Notes under the pieces: model-generated | Seen by the model: only the letters and a program-made list of their open reading frames with translations | The model's database searches: none | What the model was told of the DNA's origin: nothing | Shown here: piece by piece, positions 1 to 7,925 of the stretch | Layout: each line of letters begins with the position of its first letter | Position numbering within the stretch: position 1 is the first letter of the stretch | Origin: an uncultured Spirochaetales bacterium | GTDB lineage: Bacteria; Myxococcota_A; UBA9160; SMWR01 | Assembly (NCBI GenBank): GCA_964437835.1 | Contig: CAYTJA010000466.1 | Coordinates: 6,019-70,018 of the forward strand | Direction: 5' to 3' | Length of the DNA: 64,000 nt | Translations under genes and position numbers: made by a program

Positions 1-2456
1 ATGAATTCCATGACCCGTTGCGGCGGCACCCCTTCGCAGGAGGGCACGTACTTGCCGGCATCGAGCGACAGAATGTGCAGCTCCTCGATGAATTTGGGCG
101 AAGGCGCGGTGAGGGTCAGCTCGAGGAGCTGCATCAGCTCGGCAGGGCTCAGCTGCGTGGCGAGGAAACTCGGGAAGAGTTCGGAAAGGAAGCGACCTCC
201 TGCGGTCGCGAGCGCTGTCGCAAAGGCACCGCCGAGCTCGCGTGCCGGAGTGGCGCGGCCGCGGAAGTAGAGCGTGCCGGACATCCAGGCGATGTCGACG
301 GCGGATTGCACTCGCCGCTCGAGTTCTTCCGCGCGAGCCTCCTCTTCGAGGAGCAAACGCTGGCGATCGCGGGTGAGCGACTCGCGCCGGGGCTTGTAGC
401 GCCGCAGTATCGCGAGAGAGCGCCCGTACTCCCGTGCTTGCGCTTCGATCTCGCTCGGATCGCCGGCAATCCAGAGCACGCGGTTTCGCAGTTGCTCCTC
501 GGCGCTGCGATTCACCCAGACCTTCGAATCGCGCTCTGCGGTCGCGAGCATGCGTAGGTCGACGGTGACATTTGCAGGGTCGCGCGCGTCGAGCAGCACG
601 ACGTCGCTTGCGCGTTGGCCGTCTGAGAAATACGCCATCCACGGGAAGCTACGTGCCTGCAGTGTGGGACGAGTAGGCTGACTCAGAAGGTACTTGAGCG
701 ACTCCTGCACCAGCGCGACGAGGTCGTCGCGAGCGACAGAGATGTCGCGCCGCTCGCGCTCCCACTCTTCCCCGCTCGAAGACTGGATCTTGTAACCCTG
801 CTTCTCCGAATAGCCGAGCAGGTTGCTGCGGCGCAGCTCTTCGAGTGCCTCGGTGACCTCGTCTGCGTGCTTCCCGCGGTCCAGGCGATCGAAAAGGCAG
901 CGTGCCACCAAGCTGGCGTGGGTCGGCTCCGTGTCCTGGATGAGCTCGAGCAGCGCCACGGCCTTCGCAACGCGCGCTCCCACCGGAAGATCCTTCTGCG
1001 CACAGTGCGACAGCACACGCGCCATCGTCGTCTGCACGTCGGAATCGAGAGCGGAGTGCTGTACCTCGTAGATCTGGTCCAGCGTAACGAGGCTTCCTAC
1101 CGGCATCTCCCCCAGGTGCTGGGTCCGGAAGAGCTCACCGAGAAGTTGGAGAAGTCCGCGGATCGCCTGATCATCGCCTTGGCTGCGCGACGAGCGGGTA
1201 CGCAGGGCGGTGGTGATCTTCAGCAACAGATCGATATGCCCAGGGAGCATCGGGTAGACCTCGACGAAATCCTCCTCTGTGATTTCGTCGCAGCTGTAAG
1301 CAAACAGCTTGAGGTCGTTACGGTGATTGCGGAAAAGCTCGCGCAGTTGCCTGTCGGCGTCGGGTGTCTTCTGAAGCAGACGCTTGTGAACGACGTCACG
1401 GATGTTCGTGGTAGCAAGGTGCACCCGAAGCTTCGGCTTGAACCGTCCCTTGAGCTTCCCCAAGACCTCCGTCTCGTCGGCCTCCTCGAGCTTCTGTTGC
1501 CCGGTGACGAGCAGCCACGCCCTCCCCTTCAAGCGCTGCCCCAGCTCGGAAACGAAGGACTGCAGCTTGAGCATGCGCTGCTGATCTTGATGGATGTACT
1601 GCGAAACCTCGTCGACGACGATGAAGAGTGTCTTGCCCTTGGCGCGCCGGTCGAGCATGTCGGCGATCGCGCGAGTGGCTTCCTCAACTGAAGAGTTCTG
1701 GGCGGAAGTCCCGGCGCGTGCCGTGATCCACGCCATTGGATCGGTGTAACGGTCGGGATCGAGTGCGTGCATCACCTCAGAGAAGTCTTCCTCGGCCAGT
1801 GCCTGGCCCTTCATCTCGGACCAGGGCTGACCTAGAACCTCAGCGGCCTTGGCCTCGAACTCGCTCCACTGGCCGTCGCGCTCAAGGTTGAGCTCGAACT
1901 CGGCCACGAGTGGCTGCGTGCTGCAGTAACCCAGGCGCCTCTGGATCTGGCGGACTACCGCCGAGTGAATGTGTTCATTGTCGCGAGCGAGACCGCCGAT
2001 ATCGAAGACGACCGCAATCGGGTCGATCTTCTGGCGCAGATCACGCCAGGCATCTTTGAATTCCTGAGCAAGCGGAGAGGTGTCGCGGGCGAGCAATGCC
2101 TCAGCGAGCGACCTGCCATCCAGGAGCGCTACTCCATCGAGCGCGAGGCCAAGAAGCTTGGCGAAGATCGACTTGCCCGAGCCGTAGAAGCCTGAAATCC
2201 AAGAGGCTGGGAGGTCTGGACCCCCTTCTCGCTCGAGCTCCTTTAGGATCGCGCGAAGCAGCTGCACGTACTGCTCATGAATGCCATCGGGGACTCGCCG
2301 GTGGTGGGGGTGATTCTCCGGGAAGCCACCCGTCACGATGTACTCACCGACCTCGTCAGCGAGCTTTTGCGGGCTCTGCTCGTGGAAGTAGACGACCGGC
2401 GCGATATCGCGCGTAACGTCCGAGGTGAATAGCTCTCGAAGCTGCGTCTTCGACAC
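1..2456 (-). CDS. brxC: BREX ATPase BrxC/PglY, N-terminal ~818 codons (3' end runs off the window start)
   Basis: Own translation of the minus strand from GTG at 2456: VSKTQLRELFTSDVTRDIAPVVYFHEQSPQKLADEVGEYIVTGG...DLPASWISGFYGSGKSIFAKLLG (Walker A). The frame stays open to position 1. It is absent from the ORF track because no stop lies in the window. It starts 11 nt downstream of brxB. Confidence 0.85.
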   Translation of the reverse strand, partial: MSKTQLRELFTSDVTRDIAPVVYFHEQSPQKLADEVGEYIVTGGFPENHPHHRRVPDGIHEQYVQLLRAILKELEREGGPDLPASWISGFYGSGKSIFAKLLGLALDGVALLDGRSLAEALLARDTSPLAQEFKDAWRDLRQKIDPIAVVFDIGGLARDNEHIHSAVVRQIQRRLGYCSTQPLVAEFELNLERDGQWSEFEAKAAEVLGQPWSEMKGQALAEEDFSEVMHALDPDRYTDPMAWITARAGTSAQNSSVEEATRAIADMLDRRAKGKTLFIVVDEVSQYIHQDQQRMLKLQSFVSELGQRLKGRAWLLVTGQQKLEEADETEVLGKLKGRFKPKLRVHLATTNIRDVVHKRLLQKTPDADRQLRELFRNHRNDLKLFAYSCDEITEEDFVEVYPMLPGHIDLLLKITTALRTRSSRSQGDDQAIRGLLQLLGELFRTQHLGEMPVGSLVTLDQIYEVQHSALDSDVQTTMARVLSHCAQKDLPVGARVAKAVALLELIQDTEPTHASLVARCLFDRLDRGKHADEVTEALEELRRSNLLGYSEKQGYKIQSSSGEEWERERRDISVARDDLVALVQESLKYLLSQPTRPTLQARSFPWMAYFSDGQRASDVVLLDARDPANVTVDLRMLATAERDSKVWVNRSAEEQLRNRVLWIAGDPSEIEAQAREYGRSLAILRRYKPRRESLTRDRQRLLLEEEARAEELERRVQSAVDIAWMSGTLYFRGRATPARELGGAFATALATAGGRFLSELFPSFLATQLSPAELMQLLELTLTAPSPKFIEELHILSLDAGKYVPSCEGVPPQRVMEF

Positions 2457-2467
2457 TTACGGGACCT

Positions 2468-3097
2468 CTACGGATAGATGCGCGGCCGGTAATCGCTGTC
2501 GGGGTTGATGACGCCCATGAAGGACAATCCCGTGTCGCCGCGTCGCTCACCGGGATAAAGAAGCACAACAGGAATATTTTGCGTGCGACCGTCGAGATGC
2601 TTGAGAAGCGCGGACGTTCGAAAGAACGGATACAGAGCTCCGGCACGCCCGATGATTGCGAGGGTGCGGTCCGCCTTCGCAGGGTTCGCATCAACGAACG
2701 CGCAGATGGCACGGCTTACATCGGATGCGATGCCGTCGGGGCCTTCGATCTCGGCGGACAGCTTCTCGCGCAGGTAGTTCAAGCCTCGGTCGGGCGAGAT
2801 GTGGGCAGTGAGCCGCTCCCTCTCGATCATTCGCTTTACGATGTCATCTCCGAGGTTGCGAATGCGCTGAAGTAGGAGTTTCTGGAGCGAGAGCGTCAGT
2901 ACCACCCAGCCGCTCGAGGTCAGATCTCCTACCAGAGTTTGTACGTGTGCACGCAGCTTGTACTCATCCTGAGGGAGATAGGGGACGATCGCGAAGCGGT
3001 AGTTCCGCATGGTGCTGATCTGCGGGCCGTTCTCGGAAATCAGATCCTTCCGGAGCGCGGCAAATGCCTCGTCGAGTGTCGTGCGCGCAACACTCAT
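2468..3097 (-). CDS. brxB: BREX protein BrxB (DUF1788 family)
   Basis: 209-aa ORF. Blocks parallel known BrxB proteins: FAIVPYLP, IIGRAGALYPFFRTSALLKHL, PVVLLYPG, C-terminal YRPRIY. ATGA start/stop overlap with brxA at 3094-3097. Confidence 0.85.
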   Translation of the reverse strand: MSVARTTLDEAFAALRKDLISENGPQISTMRNYRFAIVPYLPQDEYKLRAHVQTLVGDLTSSGWVVLTLSLQKLLLQRIRNLGDDIVKRMIERERLTAHISPDRGLNYLREKLSAEIEGPDGIASDVSRAICAFVDANPAKADRTLAIIGRAGALYPFFRTSALLKHLDGRTQNIPVVLLYPGERRGDTGLSFMGVINPDSDYRPRIYP

Positions 3098-3885
3098 GAG
3101 GCGGCCTCTTCCACGGAGAGCTCAGCAGCTGCCCATGCGCCGAGAGTCGGATAGCTCCAGCCGAACTCGATGACGTCGCCAGTGCGGCGGTATCGAAGCA
3201 TCGGCAGAGACCGCAGTTTGCTCTCGAGAGTGGCCCCCTCGAGCCAAACGGAACGAAGGTACGGATTCCTCAGAAGCGTCCCCTCGAATGTCACCCCTCG
3301 AAGGAGGTGCAGAATGTACGAGAGGGCTTCGTCGGTGATGCGCGGGAATGCGAGTTGTCTCGGGTCCCGCTGGCCGGACACAAGCCCTGCGGCAAGTGCC
3401 GCAGAGAGCAAGCGACTCGCGAGCTTCTTTCTCGAAGGGAGAGTCCAACGACTGGGGCTCTGCTCCGCGATCCATGCGACCACCGCGCCGCGGCGGACTT
3501 CAGGGCGAAGCCCTTCGCGGCGAGCCGGGAGGAACTCTCCTGAGAACGCGCGGTAGAGCGGATCGGTCAGCTGAAGGTGCCAGTGGCAAATCGCAGTGCG
3601 CGTTTCCGGCGCCATCGTGTGCCATCGACGCAATACCTCGAGCGCCTCGGGAAACGCGTCGAAGCGAGACTGCATATTGAAGACCAGGACCTTCACCCAA
3701 GGAAGACTCTTGGCGCCGAACCAGTACTCCTCGAAGGCGACCTGGGCAGTCAGCCGGTGATCGTCTCGCTTGATTCGTTCCCAATAGGCACGGGACTCAT
3801 CCACCGCGATTCCGCACTTGATGAGGCGAGAGTGAATCTCACGAACCTCGCGAGTCGCTTCGAGGATTTCCGAGATCGGGCTCAT
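3094..3885 (-). CDS. brxA: BREX protein BrxA (DUF1819-like)
   Basis: Track ORF 3094..4071 trimmed to the internal ATG at 3885 (MSPISEILEATREV...), which overlaps the upstream stop as ATGA. Size (~263 aa) and position directly 5' of brxB-brxC fit BrxA. The call rests on gene order and general resemblance, not a computed alignment. Confidence 0.7.
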   Translation of the reverse strand: MSPISEILEATREVREIHSRLIKCGIAVDESRAYWERIKRDDHRLTAQVAFEEYWFGAKSLPWVKVLVFNMQSRFDAFPEALEVLRRWHTMAPETRTAICHWHLQLTDPLYRAFSGEFLPARREGLRPEVRRGAVVAWIAEQSPSRWTLPSRKKLASRLLSAALAAGLVSGQRDPRQLAFPRITDEALSYILHLLRGVTFEGTLLRNPYLRSVWLEGATLESKLRSLPMLRYRRTGDVIEFGWSYPTLGAWAAAELSVEEAAS

Positions 3886-4472
3886 CGCTTCAGTCGGAAG
3901 TGCGGCAGCGCATAACGATCCGCGAGGGGCAGCAGAGCCGATGCGAGCTGGCTCCCCGCCACGGCGAGATCTGCGGGCATTGCGCCCTTGAGGCGCCGCC
4001 CGGTTGCCGTCGCTGTGAATTCCGCTCTCCCGCACCCATTGAGCCAGACTTCCAACCTTTCTCTGGACCACTCCGACAGGAGCGCAGCCAGCTCCGGAAA
4101 CGCCTCGGTCGGCGGCACGCCACTCTGCTTCAGCTCGAGCAGGCGCTCGTCGAGGCGTTCGTCGACCTCGAAGCCAAGGCGGTAGAGAGATACGAGACGG
4201 TCGGCATCATCCGCGCTGGAGCGGGCCGCATCGTCCACCTTCCTCGCCGCCGCGCGGCAAGTTTCTAGGGCGGCCCACTTCCATGTTCTAGGAGCAAGCC
4301 TGCGAAGGAGGTCATCGCCGCCGTACTCGTCGCACATGGCCGTGTGCCACCACCCCAGCCTGGGCGGATCGGTGTTGGCCTCACCTGCCCAAGCGATCAC
4401 GAGCTGGAGCTTCAGAATCTGGTCGAGTTGGTGTGTCGTCATGGTTTTCGCGACTGCGAGATGCTCAGCCAC
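3882..4472 (-). CDS. small BREX-associated protein upstream of brxA (BrxE-like; no P-loop)
   Basis: 196-aa ORF (GTG 4472; alternative ATG 4442) translationally coupled to brxA (ATGA at 3882-3885). No Walker A motif, so it is unlike the BrxF ATPase. Its position matches brxE of type 6 BREX. Confidence 0.5.
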   Translation of the reverse strand: MAEHLAVAKTMTTHQLDQILKLQLVIAWAGEANTDPPRLGWWHTAMCDEYGGDDLLRRLAPRTWKWAALETCRAAARKVDDAARSSADDADRLVSLYRLGFEVDERLDERLLELKQSGVPPTEAFPELAALLSEWSRERLEVWLNGCGRAEFTATATGRRLKGAMPADLAVAGSQLASALLPLADRYALPHFRLKR

Positions 4473-4580
4473 TCATGTCCTGCCAGCCTCTGTCTGGGGT
4501 CCAACCAAGTTGAATTGCAGTGATCGCCGTCTCGGTCATTGGACGGTGCATCTTCCCGCTGTCCACCCCGTGAGGTCAAC

Positions 4581-5009
4581 ATGCCCACCGACCCGGCCAA
4601 TCGGTATTGGAATCCCGTCCTTCAAGTCGGCTTGACCCGTGAGGACGTGCGGCTCCTGGAGCGCCTGGTTCGGCAAGAGCGCGAGCGCCTGCGGGATCTC
4701 AGGGACCCGAATCCGCACTACGAGCACCTTCTCACGCACGCCTGGCTCGGGTTGGCCGAGCACACCCGCGAGATCCGTGAACATGTGGCCCGGAACGACT
4801 TCGAACTCGAGGTCGAGACCGCCAAGGCCATGGTCCATGGACCAAGCCGGGGGCGTCACTCGGGTCCAACGACGGGCAAGCCAATCAAGACGGACCCAGG
4901 CAGGGCTGGATCTACCCCGTGTCCCCGATGCGGGGCGATGCTGCGGCCGGGCGCGGAGTTCGCAGCGCACCGGAAGTCCTGTCGGCCCCAGCCGGGGCGA
5001 CTCGCGTGA
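4581..5009 (+). CDS. hypothetical protein with C-terminal CPRC...H..SC zinc-ribbon-like motif
   Basis: Track ORF 4539..5009 trimmed to ATG 4581 (MPTDPANRYWNPVLQ...). Third codon positions are G/C-rich. Divergent from the BREX operon. No family recognised. Confidence 0.4.
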   Translation: MPTDPANRYWNPVLQVGLTREDVRLLERLVRQERERLRDLRDPNPHYEHLLTHAWLGLAEHTREIREHVARNDFELEVETAKAMVHGPSRGRHSGPTTGKPIKTDPGRAGSTPCPRCGAMLRPGAEFAAHRKSCRPQPGRLA

Positions 5010-5095
5010 AACCGTCCTTCCGCCGGCGTGCCACTGCGCCTCGTGTGCTTGCACCCCCCAACGGAATGGCCCGTAAGTATTTGATTTTGCCGGTA

Positions 5096-5136
5096 CTTTG
5101 AATCTGCGAATCGAGGTTCGAATCCTCGCCGGGGAA
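5096..5136 (+). other. tRNA-Gln(UUG) 3'-half fragment (anticodon loop to discriminator); putative island attR scar
   Basis: Reads CTTTGAA (anticodon-loop-like, UUG) TCTGC GAAT CGAGG-TTCGAAT-CCTCG (perfect T arm, canonical T loop) CCGGGGA A. The matching 5' acceptor strand TCCCCGG, the D arm and the 5' anticodon-stem strand are absent upstream, so this is not a functional gene. Confidence 0.55.
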
Positions 5137-5160
5137 CGCCGCCTGCACGCGGCCGCGGCG

Positions 5161-6060
5161 TCAGCGCGCGGTTTCGCTCCCGGGGTCCGAAAGCTCGTCG
5201 CAGACGCGCAGGAAATCGCTCCAGAAGTCGGTGGCGCTCTCCTCGGCGTCGATGCGCGCCGCGAGCGCGGGGTTGAGGCGAACCTGCGCCATCCCGCGCA
5301 GCATGAGGTCGAGCGAGAGCACGCGTCCCGGCGGCGGACCGCTGAGCAGATGGTCGAAGCCCCGGCGCCGCGGCCGGGCCGCGGGAGCCGCAGGCCGCAG
5401 CGTCGGCGTGGCCGCCGCGTCGAGCGCGCTGCGACAGTCGGGACAGATGCCGTGGCTGATGCTCGCTTCCGAGTGCGCTTCGAGGTACTCCTCGATCTCG
5501 GTCCAGTAGCCCGCGTCGCTGCGAACGCGTTTGCAGCCCGCACAGATCGGCAGCAGCCCGCGGAGCACGCGCAGCTGCTCGAGCGTGCGCTCGCGCTCGA
5601 GCAGCGCTTCCCCGCGTTGGCGCTCGGCCTGCTCGCGCGCGAGATAGGCCAGCCGCTGCTCTTCGACGTCGCAGTTGGTCCCGACCATGCGCAGCGGCTT
5701 TGCCTCGGAATCCCACTCGATCACGCGCCCGCGATCGAGGGTGTGCCGATAGGCGCCGGAGGCCTGCCGCAGGCGGTATTCGCAGTGGAACACGCTCGTC
5801 TCGCCCGCGAGGTGGCGCGCGAGCAGGGCGGCGACGCGCGCGGCGTCGTCAGGGTGGATCAGGCCCTCCCAGAACGCGACCGCGGGGCGCACCTCACCGC
5901 GCGCGTAGCCGAGCGATGCGATCCAGCGATCGCTGTAGAAGACCTCGCCGCTGCGGATGTTCCAGTCCCAGGCGCCGTCGCCGACCGAATCGAGGGCCGC
6001 GCGCAGCCTGGCCTCGCTGCGCTTTCGGAGCTGCCCGGCATCGCGCTCGAGGTCGTCCAT
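5161..6060 (-). CDS. PAS-domain sensor protein with C-terminal Cys-rich LPICxxCK...HGICPxC module
   Basis: Track ORF 5161..6375 trimmed to ATG 6060 (MDDLERDAGQLRK...). PAS core DGAWDWNIRSGEVFYSDRW...GLIHPDD...EYRLR, then a coiled coil, then LLPICAGCKRVRSDAGYWTEIEEYLEAHSEASISHGICPDC. Confidence 0.8.
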   Translation of the reverse strand: MDDLERDAGQLRKRSEARLRAALDSVGDGAWDWNIRSGEVFYSDRWIASLGYARGEVRPAVAFWEGLIHPDDAARVAALLARHLAGETSVFHCEYRLRQASGAYRHTLDRGRVIEWDSEAKPLRMVGTNCDVEEQRLAYLAREQAERQRGEALLERERTLEQLRVLRGLLPICAGCKRVRSDAGYWTEIEEYLEAHSEASISHGICPDCRSALDAAATPTLRPAAPAARPRRRGFDHLLSGPPPGRVLSLDLMLRGMAQVRLNPALAARIDAEESATDFWSDFLRVCDELSDPGSETAR

Positions 6061-6226
6061 TCGCGGGCTCCTGCGCGCTCGAAGCGGCAGTCGCTGTGAG
6101 CGTATCACGTCACCCGCTCGGCTTCCGGTGGCGGACCCAGGCCGGGGAGCGGACTCGGCGTCGAGACAGCGGCGCACGCTCGCGAGCAGCCCCGCGCCCG
6201 CGAATGGCTTGCTTCGGGCAATCCGA

Positions 6227-7324
6227 TCACGCAGCGGGCAGCGGGAGCGGAACCGTGACGGCGCGCGTCGGGCCGAAGCTGTGCAGCGCGAGCGCGTGGA
6301 GGTTGCCGAGGCCGCCGCAGCAGAGCACGAAGATGCGCTCCGGGCTCTCGACGAGATGCACGTCGCCCCGGGCATCCGCCCTGCCCTGCAGCACTTCGCG
6401 GTGGCTCTGCGGCCACCACGCGAGCGGAAGCCGCGCGTGCTGCCAGAGCTGCTGCTGCACCTCTTCGATGCTCGGGTGCGCGGCGTGGATGACGTCTGCC
6501 CAGGGCGGTGCGATCGCGAGCATCAGCTCGGAGTCCGCAGCGGGCGCGATGAACGCGTTGGTGCCGGGGAACGCCAGCGACTTGCCGATGATCTCGAGCA
6601 GCTCGCGCCCGCCCTGCGCGCGCGTGTCGGCGACGTCGATCGTGCCGGTCACGTCCTTGACCGTGAGTGCGTTGCCGGGCACGCCGCGCCGCTCCGCGAA
6701 GGGCGCCCACGGCGAGCGCTCCTCCCACTCGGCGACGACGATGCCTGTCACGCGCGCAGGCTGGCCAAAGACGCTCTTGCTGGTGCGCCCGACCACCTGC
6801 CCGCCGACGTTGCGCATCACCAGGCGCAGCGCGCGGCCGATCGCAGGCGCGGGCCCGGCCTCGCCGCCGAAGCAACCCGCGCCGTAGGGAATGCCGAGCG
6901 CGTGGCGCGCGGGGCCGTTCACGAACACGCCCGGCACCACGCAGCAGGTCGTCGTGTTCAGCGCGAAGAGATTGAACTCCGGCTGCGCCATCGCCTCGAT
7001 CGCCGCGCAGAGCAGCGGCATCGAATTTGCCGGCGCACCGGCCATCACCGCGTTGATCGCGACCTTCTCGACGCTGCAGCGCCCGAGGCGCGGCGGCAGC
7101 GCGGCGAGCTGCTCGTCCGGGAAGCGGCCCGAGGCGGCGACGTGCTCGCGCACGCGCGCCTCCGTGGGCGGGACGAGCGGCAGCCCGTCGCCCCAGCCCG
7201 CATCCGTCGCGAACTTCGCGAAGGCGACCGGGTCGGACTCGACCTCGACGCGCGGACTCGCGAGCCAGTCGAGCTGGCAGCCCTCCGGACCACAGGAGCG
7301 ATCGATGACCGGCGCGCTGCTCAC
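6227..7324 (-). CDS. conserved hypothetical protein, translationally coupled to the UGSC selenoprotein gene
   Basis: 365-aa ORF with normal composition (GWGDGLPLVPPTEARV..., NTTTCCVVPGVFVNGP..., FVLCCGGLGNLH). Its GTG start at 7324 overlaps the TGA stop of the upstream gene (GTGA). Family not recognised. Confidence 0.65.
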   Translation of the reverse strand: MSSAPVIDRSCGPEGCQLDWLASPRVEVESDPVAFAKFATDAGWGDGLPLVPPTEARVREHVAASGRFPDEQLAALPPRLGRCSVEKVAINAVMAGAPANSMPLLCAAIEAMAQPEFNLFALNTTTCCVVPGVFVNGPARHALGIPYGAGCFGGEAGPAPAIGRALRLVMRNVGGQVVGRTSKSVFGQPARVTGIVVAEWEERSPWAPFAERRGVPGNALTVKDVTGTIDVADTRAQGGRELLEIIGKSLAFPGTNAFIAPAADSELMLAIAPPWADVIHAAHPSIEEVQQQLWQHARLPLAWWPQSHREVLQGRADARGDVHLVESPERIFVLCCGGLGNLHALALHSFGPTRAVTVPLPLPAA

Positions 7325-7875
7325 GCTGTGCCTCCGCTAGTTTCGGCGCCGAGCAGCTCGAGCAAGATCGAGAAGTGACGGCGCGCGATCTCGGCGACCT
7401 CGGCCTCTGACTTCGACTCGAGCGGATAGGGCAGCACGCAGAGCCGCAATCCGGAGCGACCACAGTTGCTCGCCATGTTCCTGGCGAGGACCTCGAACTC
7501 CTGCGTCACGACGGCGACCGCCGTCTTGCCCCCCTCGACCGCAGCCACGGCGTCGTGGACGGTCCAGGAGGTGCAGGAGCCTCAATTCCCGAGGCCGACG
7601 ATCGCGACGTCGACCTCGCGCACGAACTCCGCCAGCTCGCGGCGCGTGCGCTCGCCCTGCTCGCCGACGCGGCTGCCCGCGTCCCACCAGCGAAGCTTCG
7701 CTCCGGCGGCCTCGAGTCGCGGCGCCCACTCGCGCGTCACGACGAGAAAGGAGCGCCAGGTCTGATCGAAGCGGATGCCGAGCGTCTTGCCGCGCAGCGA
7801 GCCGGCGGGAGGCCCGGGATCGGCTGCGACCTCCGGCGGCGGCGCGGTGGGATCGAGAACGCGAATCTTTTCCAT
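7321..7875 (-). CDS. UGSC-family selenoprotein (in-frame TGA = Sec at codon 98)
   Basis: ATG 7875 is preceded by AGGAGGAGCC. The frame reads MEKIRVLDPTAPP...REVDVAIVGLGN-TGA(7584..7582)-GSCTSWTVHDAVAAVEGGKTAVAVVTQEFEVLARN...LELLGAETSGGTA-stop. The track splits this into 7582..8976 (C-terminal 97 codons real) and 7321..7548, which share one frame. U-G-S-C is the family-defining motif. Confidence 0.75.
7530..7571 (-). promoter_or_regulatory. candidate bacterial SECIS hairpin
   Basis: RNA sequence CCUCC UG GACCG U CCACG ACGC CGUGG CUG CGGUC GA GGGGG. Three stacked 5-bp helices (one U-G wobble) with a 4-nt G-containing apical loop. The hairpin starts 11 nt after the UGA and the loop starts 29 nt after it. 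Confidence 0.5.
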
Positions 7876-7925
7876 GGCTCCTCCTGCGGTGGGATCAGAT
7901 CGGGTCGAAGAGCGCGCGGGCCGCG

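Noticed and set aside
5055-5136. Possible intact tRNA gene
   Set aside because: Only the anticodon-loop-to-3'-end portion is tRNA-like. No TCCCCGG 5' acceptor strand, no D arm and no complementary 5' anticodon-stem strand exist upstream. It is reported as a fragment or att scar instead.
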